This document shows, piece by piece, positions 10,649 through 23,848 of a DNA stretch of 64,000 nt. Below the pieces are notes generated by a model. It did not search any database. It had not been told where the DNA came from and saw only the letters and a program-made list of their open reading frames with translations. This DNA comes from Chara braunii (Eukaryota; Plantae; Charophyceae): contig BFEA01000030.1 in assembly GCA_003427395.1 (NCBI GenBank), positions 2,779,728 to 2,843,727 on the forward strand, in the 5' to 3' direction. Numbering within the stretch: the stretch's first letter is position 1; each line of letters starts with the position of its first letter. Position numbers and translations under genes: made by a program.

Positions 10649-11259
10649 TCACCCTAATCAACGAGAGATGACTTTAGTCCTCCTTCCCTATTTGGCCACT
10701 CGAGAGACTACCCCTACCCTGCAAGGAAAATGCCTGTGAGCCCAGAAGGATCAAATGGACCAGAGAAGGAACGCCGTCTCACTCGGCTACCTTCTTGTCC
10801 TCCCCCGCTGGGAGGTCCTCCCACTTCCAGGTATAAGGAATAGTCGCGAACACAGGTTATCCCCGAAGAAAGTTGGCAACCCCTCCTCCGGAGTCGGATC
10901 GTAGTCACACACCTGTGCCCTATGTCCCCCACCGAACCGATCCCTAGTCCTAGTTAGCCTATCCGGAACCACGCCTCTACTCGACCCACCTCAAGCGTGG
11001 AATTATCCGGGTCCCAGGACTTGATCCGCCTATCAATCGGTGATCACTACCTTATCTATTTCCTCTCCCCATTCACCTCATCGTGAACTCTTCTCACTTC
11101 GTTCCCTCCTTTCTTCTTTGCCTCCGACTGACTCTTTTCTCTCTTGGAATCACGGAATGCAATCGGGGTATCCGAAAAAGGGGTAGGAGAAGCAAAGATT
11201 TAGGAAGAGTCTCTCAGGTTGGGCAGATAATCATACGTACCTTGTGGTCCTTGGTTCCT

Positions 11260-11892
11260 TCAATACTCATTCTCGTAATCCCAATAATCCCCTAGGTCCG
11301 AGTCCGAGAAATCGGCAAGGCACTGGTCCACCCAAGACCCATCCTCCGATCCCTCGTCCAAGGCGCCCCACGTATCTCTCACCCCTTCTCCCTGGGGCAG
11401 CCCCTCCCCCTCACTCACAACGGCGGTTGTATTTCCCTCGCTCCCTTGCCCTGGAACCAGAAGCACCACTCTCCTTACCCCCAAGTCCCGAACGGTCCTC
11501 GCTTGAGGACCCCCATCCCAAGCGGGAGGCGTCTCTCTCGCAGGCCCCGCACACAACCCACGTGGGTCGAGAATCGAAAACCCAAAACCCTCCCGCGAAA
11601 CCCTTTCCGGTGCGGGAGCCGCCCCTTGAGCGGGCGCCCTCCACAACTCGTGCGGGTCAAGGATGTTCGGCGACCTCCTTGGATCCCAAATAGATATCGC
11701 CCTCGGACCCTCTCGAACCCCCCTTTCTTCTCTCCCCCTTGAGTCCACTCTCCCTCCTCGCGTCCGGACCCTACCACACTGTCTTCCCCGACGACTCATC
11801 TTACCACCCTTTGGTTGCTTTTCACCCTCGTTCAAACCCCAGCAAACAAACTGTGTTAGCCCTCTTAGTTCGTCGATTTCTGAAATAAACAC
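11260..11892 (-). CDS. Possible leader ORF (Arg-rich N-terminal region, acidic C-terminus), function unknown
   Basis: 210-codon ORF on the element strand just downstream of the PBS; low complexity. Confidence 0.3.
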   Translation of the reverse strand: MFISEIDELRGLTQFVCWGLNEGEKQPKGGKMSRRGRQCGRVRTRGGRVDSRGREERGVREGPRAISIWDPRRSPNILDPHELWRAPAQGAAPAPERVSREGFGFSILDPRGLCAGPARETPPAWDGGPQARTVRDLGVRRVVLLVPGQGSEGNTTAVVSEGEGLPQGEGVRDTWGALDEGSEDGSWVDQCLADFSDSDLGDYWDYENEY

Positions 11893-12302
11893 ACCAAAAA
11901 CATCACACTCCCCAGCAAGGACTAACCTGAATCATCCTGGAGCAGCAGGGCCGAAGTCGCAAGCGGGGCCAGAGCGGACCTGCAAAAATCGAGAGTTCCC
12001 GACACCCCCAATCCCTAGCACCCAACACGCCCAGCAACCCCTCCTACGCAGAAATAAGACCCCAACAGAACCCCCACCGATGCTGCGGAAGAAAACGAAA
12101 GTCGCCGCACGGATGGTCGAAGAAAAAAGCCCGAAGAAGTCACGCTGAAAAGGAAAGCCATGGCCGAAAGCCCAGAGAACTTTGATGCTGAATCCCGGAA
12201 AACTTGAGGCCAAAAACCCAGGAAAAAAAAATCCTACCTGTCACGCCAGTCCTCCCTCACCCTGCAGTTACTGAGCCGGCCGAGGCCTCGGGAGTAAGCC
12301 CA

Positions 12303-12320
12303 TCCCCGGCAACGGCGCCA
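12303..12320 (-). promoter_or_regulatory. Primer-binding site complementary to the tRNA-Asp 3' end
   Basis: Minus strand TGGCGCCGTTGCCGGGGA is the complement of the plant tRNA-Asp(GUC) 3' end ...TCCCCGGCAACGGCGCCA. It lies 3 nt from the LTR-terminal CA (plus-strand TG at 12324). Confidence 0.9.
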
Positions 12321-12323
12321 CTT

Positions 12324-12691
12324 TGTCGGCCAGGGGCGTTCCCTCCGGGGTGCGTCGCGACAGCCTGTCTTCGACCGCTATTGCGGCCGACCCGGGGCGC
12401 GTCCTCAGCCCGACCAACGGCGCGCATCGTGCAGCCTGCCCTGTTGCCCAACTCGCTTGTCCCCACTCGTCGGATGGGCCCCCGGACCGCCCCCGTCGGT
12501 ACTCGTTCGCGGGCTCCGTCACCGGTACGAAAACAGGTGGGGTCCCATCAGGTCTCCGACCCCCTTTTTCCTGTTTCGCACAGGTCGGTCTACAGTCTTT
12601 CGCCAACCTCTACGATCTAGATCCCGCGTTTGTTAGATGTGCGGCGGAGCCTCAACAACCATACGTCTTTCCTTCCTTCGCCTCCCCATTT

Positions 12692-12766
<75 letters not shown>

Positions 12767-12829
12767 NNNNNNNNNNNNNNNNNNNNNNNNNNNNNNNNNN
12801 NNNNNNNNNNNNNNNNNNNNNNNNNNNNN

Positions 12830-12876
<47 letters not shown>

Positions 12877-13587
12877 CTTCTCTCTACGAGAAACTTGTCT
12901 GTTGGGGAGGCACCTTCAGCGAAGACTCCACCTGGAACGCAAAAGAAACAGGAGTCTGAACGTTGCCTAAAAGGCAGCGCAAGTCGGGCAACAAATTAAG
13001 ATGCACTTTCCCCAAAGACCACACCAGAAACTTTTGATTTTAAAACAAAAACAAGAATAGAAACGAAAATCGTAAGGGCAGCTCGGGTCGAGCCACATAT
13101 TAAGATTCGCCTTTTCCAAAGGCCCAGCCAGATACTTTCGACCCGAAAAAAAACAGGATCCGAAACGAAGTCGAAAGGCAACACAGATTTAGATGCACTT
13201 GCTCCAAAGACCCAACCAGATACTTACTACTCAGGAAAAAAATCAGGATCCGAAACGAAGTCAAAAGGGCAGCTTGCGTCGAACCACAGATCGAGATGCA
13301 CTTGCTGCGAAGACCCAACCAGATAATTACTACTTCAGAGAAAAGCATGACCCTAAACGAAGTCGAAAAGGCAGCACAGGTTCTCGGCGGAGACCCGAGC
13401 TTAGTTGGTTCTCTCGTCGAGGTGGCCTCTGTTTCTTTCTCGGTACGCCTCTATCTTTCCTTCCTTCTTTCTCTCAATCTCTCTCTCTCTCTCCCTTTTT
13501 CTCTTTCTCTTTCTCTCTTTCTTTCCCTCCTTCTCTCTCTCTTTATCTCTCTCTCTTTACTTCTATCTGTGTCTCCTTCTCTCTCGC

Positions 13588-13624
<37 letters not shown>

Positions 13625-14665
13625 TTCCGTCTCCAGCCACCCTCTCCTTCGCGGCCGATACGCCCGTTCCTTACTTCGAGCTCGTGCGCGGGCACGCCTT
13701 CCTAAGACGGCCCATCCGGACTAGCGTCACCTCGAATTGAAGCGCAGGCGTGACCTCATGTAAGGGCCGATCTGGATGAAGGTTCCTCCTCTCCGCGGAA
13801 GAAGAAGCCCCTCCGAACTCGAGCGTGGACCCAGCGTGATGCTAAACAAAAGCCCAGTGTGCAAGAGCTGGTGCGATCTCCGACGGTCGCTTTTGAACGG
13901 AAGCACTCCTGAACTCGAGAGCCAATTCCACCTCGAGTGATGGCCTGCCCAGCTGAAGAGACGCCCCGGAATGGGAACACTTCTGCGCTCGGGAGCTGGT
14001 GCCACCTCGTGTGTGGGCGCTGGCAATACCGTGTGCGTTGTGACTGCAAGCTTCGAGCGGTGCTAGCACCTCGTACGAGGGCTCGCACGACGGAAAAAAC
14101 GCTCCGGATGTAAGCGCCGACGAGACCTCCCGAGTTACTCCTTAGCGTACTGAACAGTAGCGCTTCCGAACTCGAGCTCTAGTTTCACCTCGCAAAATGG
14201 CTCGCCCGACAGGGCGAACGACCGGAATGGCAGCCCCTCCGAACTAGAGCCCCGGAACCTCCTCGTAAGATGACCCGCCCGACTGAACAAACGTTCCGAA
14301 TGCAAGCGCTCGCGATACCTCTTGCGACGCTCCTAGCGCGACTGCGAGCGACGCTTCTTGTGGCTGAACGAGCGACGGTAATGCCTCGTACGATGGCTCG
14401 CACCAGCCGAACGGACGCTCTGCTCCTCTCTCTCTCTCTCTCTCTCTCTCTTGAATGCGAGGCCAGTACCGAGCGTCGTTAGAGCACTCGAACACCCCGT
14501 GCGTCTGCATGCGCCCCCCCCCCTCTGGCTTCTCGAGCCCCCACGAGTCTCCGTACACGTCCTTGCCCCCCACAATCTTCGTGCGCAGTTCGACGAGCGA
14601 CTCGCCTCGATGCACCTAAAGAGCTCCCCTCCCTCTCTCTCTTTTTCTCTCTCTCTTTTTTTTTT

Positions 14666-14696
<31 letters not shown>

Positions 14697-17103
14697 CTCT
14701 TTCTCTGGCTTTGTTTCTTTACGTCGAGCGCAGTTCTTCGCAGCTAGCTACTCACGCGGAAATCTGGTCCGTGCGTGCGCTCGGTGCATACACCTCTCCA
14801 CAGAGCGTGCGCAGTTCGTGACGTCGAGCGTGGATTCCGATCACCTCCGTGTCCCCCCCTCTAGCTTCTCATCTCTCTTTATACTTCCTAGTCCGTCTCC
14901 CTTCGATCCTCCTCCCCTCTCTTTCTGCCAATCCCTCTCTTTTCTCGATCCTCCCGAAATATCTTCCTCTTTTTCTCTCTTCCCGCCGTTTGTCGTGCAA
15001 ATTTTTTAGGCTTCCCACTCGGCCGCGCCAATTTTGTTTTTCCCTCACTACCGCTCCCTTCTTTCCTACCTTGATCCGCCCATACATCCTCTTCACCAAT
15101 GGAATCCCTTTCCGCGGTCGAGGCGCTTTCAGAATCGCATCCCGAATGGCACTGCACAAGTATATCAATCGTCACCCACTGATGGCCTTCGGGGCAAATG
15201 TACTAGTACGCGCGTCGGGGCTTGGTTGCACTCTCACACACCCCTGTTCTTCTCTTTGCGCTCCTCCCACAACCTCTTATTTTCCTGCTTCAATTGGTCC
15301 GTTCTCCTCCGCCGCCTTCCGTACTGCACAACCGACCTCTGGGCGGTTATCAAGATGGTCTGGGCGTGCTCTCCTTTCCCCAGTTAAGTTATCAAGAGTC
15401 CGAGAGCGCGCGCGCCCTCTATCAACCTCAACCGAACACGCCCACCGCGTTTCGGTTACTGATTCTCTTACCCCTACTCAGTAGCTGGCGTCTTGCAGCC
15501 CGAGCCCTCAATTTCTCCGCGTCTTCCTCTTTTGCCCAGCCATTCCCTTTTCCAATCCTAACATCCACCGGCAAGGAGATCCCGACGTCCCTCCTTTCTT
15601 CCTCATTCCCGCAGCTCGAGGAGTGTCGCCCCTCCCCATAGTTACCAAGGCCGGCTCGCCTTCCCGTCGGTTGAATCATCCTCCTCGAATTCTCGAAGCG
15701 CAGTCAGTGCGAAAGATACCTGAACATTCACCCACGAAGAAGACCAATCCTGGTCTAGAATCGCTGCCCTCCCTCAACGTCGATCATCTTGACACCTATT
15801 CCCGGTGATCGGTTTGCTAATAAAAATCCGATTTTGGGTTTTCCTCCCCTTCACATTCAGGAAACGGTTAGAGGTGGAGCGTAGCGACGCATTTTTACCC
15901 TTTCTGTCACCCTCATCATCCCAGGCCCAGGGCCCTGAGGCTATTCGTTCGACGATCCAAAGCGCCCGCCCCACAGAGGGGTTGTTTTGTCGCTGACCTC
16001 AACTCGTAGGCACTCTCGATGATATTCATCGGTTCTCGTGGCCAATCTTTTTAAAGAGCTCAGGGATCCTCACCCCAGGTAGCCCGTAGTTTTTGCTATC
16101 TCTCCGTGCCCCGTGTCCTTTCGATTTCTCCCCATAGCTTCAATGTGGGCTGCTACTCCCGCACTCGAAACCTCAAATTTCTTTCTGTCCGCTTCAGGCT
16201 CAGCTTGAGACCAGGTATCAACCGCTCTCTCATGCCTCGTCTATAAAAAACATAAAATACTCACCTTTCCAAAAAAAAAAAAAAAAAAAGCCGCACGCAT
16301 ACAAGCACCAAAAACCAAAAATAAAGAAAACATTCTTTAAAGAGGGTCCCTCCCTTTTCGGCGGTCAGAGTTATTCGCTTGCTTTCTTCCTTCACACGGC
16401 TGTACCAGCAATGCCCCTGAATCCCAGATTCCCTCCTCCTCGCACCGGCTCCTCATGCGAAGCCCTGATCCGCAGTCCGCCGTCTTCCAATCGTCACACC
16501 CGAAACGCCCAGGTTCTTTTCGTGGTCAGTGCGACCTCCTGTCCCGGGCACGGCCCCCAACCCTTGGCTCGGTTGGAGAAGCCCCTGGCTATTGACCTAG
16601 GACTCCCACTTCGACCGTCCTCATCTTGCCATATCTCGTGCGGCCGCGGAATTTGGATTATCGGCCATATTGCACGACGAAGATCGCTGCCCCACCCGAT
16701 CTCCTGGAACTGCAGCCCAGGCCAGGTGCGAGATGACCCCGCTACGTACAGTTGTGGTAGTTTGGTAATCTTTCGGAACCGTCGTCTTGGCTTTTCACTT
16801 GCCCTTCGTTTTTTACCCGACCAAGGCCTCCTCCGACACGCGCCATCTGCCCCGCATCTTCAATCTTTGATACTGAAACTCCCACCTTTTTGGATCCGCT
16901 CGTGCCCGTTTGCGACCAAGGTTAAGATCTTCACTCCAGACAACAAAAAGGTTAGGACGGAAATCCGGACGCCTGAAGACGTCCGTAGATACCACATCCA
17001 CATGCATGCATACGTCAAACCCACGCAAAAATAGCAAGAGGAAATAAAAAACTCTTTCCATTTTAGAGAAAAAAACCTTCGGCTGGTGGGCAGCCGCCCG
17101 ACA
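12324..17103 (-). repeat. Putative 5' LTR (~4.8 kb)
   Basis: Plus strand starts TGTCGG next to the PBS, has an inverted CCGACA at 17098-17103, and sequence character changes after it. Contains (CT)n tracts. The second LTR is absent from the window, so the outer boundary is unconfirmed (alternative CCGACA at 16833-16838). Confidence 0.6.
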
Positions 17104-17853
17104 CCGTTAGGGGTTGAGTGCCTTGAGACAGGGTGTTCCCAGCAGGGTGTGTCGTTAGCAGTCGGGCATCCTCCTAGCGATGCTACGCGCATGTACGAAG
17201 TGGGTGACGCGTTTGCCTGGTGGCCGTCTTGGCCAGCAGACAGGTGCAAGGTGGTTGTTTGCGCACTCTCCCTTGCGTAGCAGTGGTGGGAGAACCGTCT
17301 CCTATTGCGGTGGATGGAAACTTGGAACCGTGTTCGATGTTGAGAGTGCGAGAGGGGGTGTCGCTGGAAGTCTGTCGTCAAGCCTCATGCGCTTGCGGGG
17401 GCGGTTGCGGACCCCCCACGTCGGCTTGGTTGTCGCCTGTGTGAGGGATGTGGAGCATGGCAATGGGACAACGATTGCTCCCAACAGTTCAACGACCAGC
17501 ATTGTGAGGCCATTCATGCCTGTAAGGCAGGCAGGGGATGTCGGAATTGTTCCACGACCACGTCCTTGTCCGAGGTCGGGAGCGTTGCTCTGTTGCTGCC
17601 GTGGTGCAGTTGAAGGCCAGGACTCGGCTTCCAAGGCTTCCGGTGGACAGAGCACATCGACCATCGTTGTCGTGGGAGTGGATTGGACGAGACGGTGTTG
17701 TGATCCCTGTTTTGTGTGGGTAGCGGTGTTGTGTGTCCTTGTCACGCTGGGGTTGCTTGTCTTCGTGCTGTTAGCCATCATCTTCTTGCTTGTGTTGTTT
17801 ACGATTTCTGTGTTGCTGGGAGGCAAGTAGACGAGGTTGTTCGTGATCTTGTC

Positions 17854-19571
17854 ATGAAAGGGGGGCGGTGGACACACGACCTCAGCAGGTCATACGGCGA
17901 CTGGAGACCTCCGCCACACGGGGCAAGGGATGACGGTGGCAGCTTCTCATCACAGTTGAGCCAAGGTCTGTCACAAATCAACCAGGACACAGGGATGACA
18001 GCACGCGCACCTCCATCACCTTTTGCTGTTGGTCATTTGCCGGAATGGTCGAAGACCCCCATCCCCCCGGAAAGGATGGGGTCACCATTCCAGTCCTCAT
18101 ACACGCCACCTGCATCGTCGTTGTCCACCCCTCATGGTGGACATCAGCACTTCAGCAGCCCGACGATGCCGACGGTCGTTCCGCAGCCGCTGTCCATGCA
18201 TCCACCACGTGTCTCGGCCGTTTCCCTACCAACAGCACTATCAATGGATGGAGCAAGGGAATCACATGCGGAGTGGTCATGGACGCACTCGCATTCTGCC
18301 ATGCCATCAACTGGTGACAATAGCAATGGCACGGACAGTCGGTGGGCAGTGTACGGGCAGATGGTGAGTGGCCATCGTCCGTCCAATGAGGGAGTATCGA
18401 GCATGAAGCCTCACGACAATGACGGGGGAGCATTGCTGCAGGATTACGGTCGTCGACGACCGAGGACCGAATCTCCCACCTATCGAGACATGCGAGACAT
18501 TACTTTGTCACCTCCCCTTAGATCGTCGAACCTTTCTCCGCGATGTGCGGTCGACATGGATGGTGGTGATGACGACATGGACGGTTAGCAGCGGGCAAAC
18601 GACATTCCGAGCGTGGAAGAGGGGACGCGAGCGCCAATACCGCGGCCAGACAAGAGCAGACGAGGCCTTGGGTTTTGGAGGAGAAAGTCGACCTTGCCGA
18701 ATGCATGAGGGAGGATGACGCGCTTATGGCAGCCGCTGATTGCAGGCACAAATGTATGAAAATTTCAGAGAGAAACGAGTGGGTGTCGAAGAGGATGGGG
18801 GAGAGGGGGTGGAAGAGATCGGTCGAGGACTGCAGGAAGAAATGGTCGGAGTTAACGAACAAGTTGAGGGTCATCAGGGACAAGTGTGGGGCATCGGGCA
18901 AACCCTCATATTGGGAGATGACATTGGAGCAGAGAAAGAAGGAGGGGATGTTCCCTGCCTTCGAACAGCCTGTGTGGGAGGCCATGGCTTGGTACTCCAA
19001 CTTGTCGTCGCTAAGGTGTGACAATACGCTCGCCTCAAATGCTTTGCAGACAAGGGACGGAGGGAGCTCCGGTAGAGGTACATCGGAAGGGGGAGGGACA
19101 CCTCAAGGCGGATGAACAACGCAAGTAGGGATGACAACAACCGACGGGGCGTCAGATGGTCGTCCTGCATCAGCAGGGGGCGGGACATCAGATAGGCAAA
19201 GAACGTCGCAGGGGGCAGGAACTTCTCAAGGAGGAGGGACGGACGAATCAGAGAGCGCACGAAAGACACGTCGCACAGGCGGTGGGAAAGGTCGGGTTGC
19301 AGGAGAGAGCGGATCAACGGTTTCAACCATCGCCGAAGCAATCCATGTGTCGACGCGGGCGTACTGCGAAGGACTGGACAAGGCGTTGGACAAGGCCGTT
19401 GGTGTGCTCGCGAAGGCGAGCACCGAAGGAGCGAATGTTGTCGCTGGCAAGATAGGTGACATGGCCACCCAGATTGGTGAGGTGGCGACCGCCATGCATA
19501 AGGGAAATGCGGTGCTGGAGCTGCTGGTGGGTGTCATGGCACGACGAGGGAGCACCGACGGAGGGCGATAA
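17854..19571 (+). pseudogene. Harbinger Myb/SANT-like (trihelix) DNA-binding protein
   Basis: EWVSKRMGERGWKRSVEDCRKKWSELTNKL...PSYWEMT at ~18770-18930; C-terminal amphipathic helix; stops and a frameshift. Confidence 0.85.
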
Positions 19572-19876
19572 CGAGACAATGATAGTTCGTGGCGTTGGGA
19601 ACGGTACGGTTTCCGAGGCGTTTATATATATATATATACAGTTGCCTGGAACCCGTGCCCGTTTTCCATGGGCCGCAGACGACATCTGTCGGTGGGCCGA
19701 TGGTGGCGGGGGGCGGCTATACATAGGGCGGTTGTGTGGTCTGCAGCAGTGTGTGAAGTGCTCTTCGCGTAGGCATCGCGCAGAAGGGGAGGGTTGTCAC
19801 TTTCCGTCCTTCAATGTTCTCCACGGGTGACGGACGTCGTGGCCGTCGTGAGGGAGAGGGTAGACGTCACCAGAGG

Positions 19877-19999
<123 letters not shown>

Positions 20000-20080
20000 N
20001 NNNNNNNNNNNNNNNNNNNNNNNNNNNNNNNNNNNNNNNNNNNNNNNNNNNNNNNNNNNNNNNNNNNNNNNNNNNNNNNN

Positions 20081-20166
<86 letters not shown>

Positions 20167-20169
20167 AAG

Positions 20170-20643
20170 ATGCCGAACGTCGTGGCCGTCGTGAGGGAGA
20201 GGGTCGACGGGAAGGAGGTCGTCGTGCAGGAGACAAGGCTCGAACGAGGGAGCGAGCGCCACCACCAAATGGATTGGGGCCCTGGCGTACAAACCGACCA
20301 GACGCGTGTCTATTACTCACTGGTGAACGGCTTGATGGCCATGCGGATGGTGGCATGGCTGGGCTACGATGGGGACAACAACCTCGTGGAGGTTGTTCTC
20401 CTGGTGCGGAAACTATCCAATGTTGTCCCTAACATGTGGCAAACGCCGAACCCTGACGTCGTGGGCGACATGGTGAGGTACCTCATCTCCGCCATCGCCG
20501 AGGAACATGTGGCGGCCATGGATGCGAATGCGTCGTTTAGTGCGGAATTGGAGCCTCCCCTTCGTGGGAGGGGGTACCGTCATGGCGCTGTCCAGATGTG
20601 GTGCCCAGAGGACGACATCAGGGCCGCGTGTAACAGGTGGTGA
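20170..20643 (+). CDS. Unknown ORF or exon between the Harbinger Myb and transposase genes
   Basis: 157-aa ORF with globular composition; no family recognised. Confidence 0.35.
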   Translation: MPNVVAVVRERVDGKEVVVQETRLERGSERHHQMDWGPGVQTDQTRVYYSLVNGLMAMRMVAWLGYDGDNNLVEVVLLVRKLSNVVPNMWQTPNPDVVGDMVRYLISAIAEEHVAAMDANASFSAELEPPLRGRGYRHGAVQMWCPEDDIRAACNRW

Positions 20644-22209
20644 GGTCGAGTCTTCGTATGCAGCGGCAGGCGCATGGATGACACTATTGAGGTGCCGCTA
20701 AAATGGCCTTCCACTTGTGCATGACGTGCGATTAGTGGGGACCGTCGATGGAGGGGAGGAGGGTTGATTGGAATGGTTCGCGGACCTCCTATCCTGTGCA
20801 TGACGGGCGTATGTGCACATGTCTTCGCAGTGCGTTGATGGAAATTGGGTTCGGGTTCTTCCACATGGATGAACCGGAGATGGGTCAATCCTTCCTGTTA
20901 AGGAAACAATCAATGCCCATCTCCTGTTATGTCGATTCATGATAATTTCTTGGTGCGATGGCACGGTTCACGAATGAGGAGAGAGGATATACGACCTGTA
21001 ATTTTGTTGTCCATTTGCATGGTTTGTTTTTTGTGTCTAGGTGTGTCGAAGACAGTACTATGTGTGTGCATGTGTTTGTGTGTCCTTGTCCTTGTTTATT
21101 ACAATAATGTTAAAATTTGTTGTTGGAGTGCCTAAACTTTGAAAGGCTCAAATTCATTTCGCCAGTGTCGTTTTCCACATTCGAACCGTTCTTCTGCTTT
21201 CGTTTTTTGTGTGAATGGACGAAGTCAAGCGGACATAACAGGATTGCATGTTGTTGCTGCAAATGTGTTGAGGTGCTGAACACCACCAATTGTCGATGCT
21301 GATATGTGCATGCCCTGACCCTGTTCAAAACAAGAAGACAAAAAAAAAAAAAAAAAAAAAAAAAAANNNNNNNNNNNNNNNNNNNNNNNNNNNNNNNNNN
21401 NNNNNNNNNNNNNNNNNNNNNNNNNNNNNNNNNNNNNNNNNNNNNNNNNNNNNNNNNNNNNNNNNNNNNNNNNNNNNNNNNNNNNNNNNNNNNNNNNNNN
21501 NNNNNNNNNNNNNNNNNNNNNNNNNNNNNNNNNNNNNNNNNNNNNNNNNNNNNNNNNNNNNNNNNNNNNNNNNNNNNNNNNNNNNNNNNNNNNNNNNNNN
21601 NNNNNNNNNNNNNNNNNNNNNNNNNNNNNNNNNNNNNNNNNNNNNNNNNNNNNNNNNNNNNNNNNNNNNNNNNNNNNNNNNNNNNNNNNNNNNNNNNNNN
21701 NNNNNNNNNNNNNNNNNNNNNNNNNNNNNNNNNNNNNNNNNNNNNNNNNNNNNNNNNNNNNNNNNNNNNNNNNNNNNNNNNNNNNNNNNNNNNNNNNNNN
21801 NNNNNNNNNNNNNNNNNNNNNNNNNNNNNNNNNNNNNNNNNNNNNNNNNNNNNNNNNNNNNNNNNNNNNNNNNNNNNNNNNNNNNNNNNNNNNNNNNNNN
21901 NNNNNNNNNNNNNNNNNNNNNNNNNNNNNNNNNNNNNNNNNNNNNNNNNNNNNNNNNNNNNNNNNNNNNNNNNNNNNNNNNNNNNNNNNNNNNNNNNNNN
22001 NNNNNNNNNNNNNNNNNNNNNNNNNNNNNNNNNNNNNNNNNNNNNNNNNNNNNNNNNNNNNNNNNNNNNNNNNNNNNNNNNNNNNNNNNNNNNNNNNNNN
22101 NNNNNNNNNNNNNNNNNNNNNNNNNNNNNNNNNNNNNNNNNNNNNNNNNNNNNNNNNNNNNNNNNNNNNNNNNNNNNNNNNNNNNNNNNNNNNNNNNNNN
22201 NNNNNNNNN

Positions 22210-23260
22210 GGCAAACAAGGAAAGCCTGCATCCCCCAGTACATAGCGGCCAATTCTTGTCCCGTCAGTGAGCGTGTGTGCACCAACACTGAACACTCCTA
22301 CACCGTTTTGAGCGTCGGAGTACAAAGGAGATAGCCGCAACACCCGAGAGTCATGGTTGGACCCTTGGCACCCGATGTACACATCCAAAATTCTGCACTC
22401 GTGGCCGCAGACCACTTGCGCAATGATCGAAAATTGTCCCGTCCTGTCGTAGTAGCATTCGTCACGCTCCTTCCTCGGCTTTTTAATGTACAGGTGAGTG
22501 CAGATACACTGCAATCTATCGCACCCACACAACCTGGAAAACCCTTCCGTTCAAATGCATCCAGTGTCTCCTGGAGACGGCGACCCCGCAGGAAGGAGAT
22601 GACATGACCGTATTCCCTGATGATTGTGTCGGCCACCTCTTCGTTGCTTCGCAGTACACTGGCGAGTCCCATGCCCAACCCATGAGCAAACTGTCTGTAG
22701 AAACTGCCAGTGGCCCATCTGATCAGCGCGCATGCAAATTTCTGTTCCGCAGGCAGTGGCTGCCTCCAATTCGTCGTTGCCCGCTGAATATGAGGTGCTA
22801 TTCGGCGCAAGACGTCCTCGAACACTGGACAAGGGAGCCTACAAAACCTTTTGAAGACCTTGTCGTGTCTCCTACCCACACGTTGGGGATCCTTCCACAC
22901 ACCACTGCTGCGATCAAGTACCCAAATCCTTCCACTACTCTCGCCTCTCTCGTGAATGGCACTCAAAGCCGCATGGAGGAGATGAAGGTTGTGACCAACA
23001 CCATACGTCAACAGTGCCAAAACAACCGGCATTCGAGGATCCCACATAGGCAATGACGATGCAGCCTCGATAACGGTCATAGCCGCCTTGTTCCTTTGTT
23101 TCATCCACTCGATGATGACGAAAACCAACATGAACAACATGTCGTCCCACTCCGCACTCGCATCCGAGCATGCACCGCTGCCAGGTCCGCTGTCGAGTTC
23201 CATTGTTTCGTGCGTGCCAGGAATGTCCCCATCTCCATCGCCGAAACCTGCTTCCATGGC
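22210..23260 (-). pseudogene. PIF/Harbinger (HARBI1-like) DDE transposase, frameshifted; C-terminus lies in an assembly gap
   Basis: FKRFCRL; GFPGCVGAIDC/THLYI; SIIAQVVCG; GSNHDSRVL; YVLGDAGFP. Confidence 0.93.
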
Positions 23261-23848
23261 CACACGATCAACCACTTTCAAGCGGTGAACGTAAATGGCG
23301 ACGACGCGTCCCACAACACGATTGGCGATGGCGTTGCAACGGCGGAGGGAGAGCCAACGGTCAGTGGTCCCCGACCCAAAGCCAAACGGTTAACGAGACA
23401 CTCCAGCGACCGTGAGGTTCCACGAGAGTCACGTCCTGTCGCTGGGACCCGTTCTTCTGTCGCCCACACCTCCTATTCCCGTCACACCATGTTGTGCTTG
23501 TGTCGTGCATGGACATCCGGTGTACCCAAAACCGAACCCGTTCAATGACGGCAGCCACCGTAAACTTCCCATTTTGGGAAAGGCCGATTGCGATTTCCTA
23601 TTTGGGCAAGCAGGTCGTTTGCGGACGCTAAAATTCCGTGGTGCGGTGGGGTCTCGTGTTCCTGGAAACCTCTGTGCGCGGTGGACGAACCCCGTCCTGC
23701 GCGGACAAATTGTCTGCCTTTCCGCGAGCCTGTGGGGTCCAGCCCCTATTCTCGGCGATCCCAAACCGACAATGACAAAAGCGAAAAATGAGCGACAAGA
23801 TGAAAAACACAGCCGAGGGACAAGTCTGATTACGCACCACGAACCGCG

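Larger units (their letters stand above)
1760..17103 (-). mobile_element. Ty3/Gypsy LTR retrotransposon (Athila/Tat-like PBS), 3'-truncated or interrupted at the start of RT
   Basis: Order on the minus strand is LTR, tRNA-Asp PBS, accessory ORFs, gag (CCHC), aspartic protease, then RT N-terminus (RT follows protease, the Gypsy order). Confidence 0.85.

Noticed and set aside
12303-12320. tRNA-Asp gene
   Set aside because: Only the 3' 18-19 nt including CCA match, which makes it a PBS rather than a tRNA gene.
12323-17034. ORFs within the putative LTR (e.g. 14849-15484, 16411-17034)
   Set aside because: Low complexity or microsatellite-derived, with no motifs.
21110-22334. ORFs spanning N runs (also 59504-62057)
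   Set aside because: Artefacts of translating assembly gaps.
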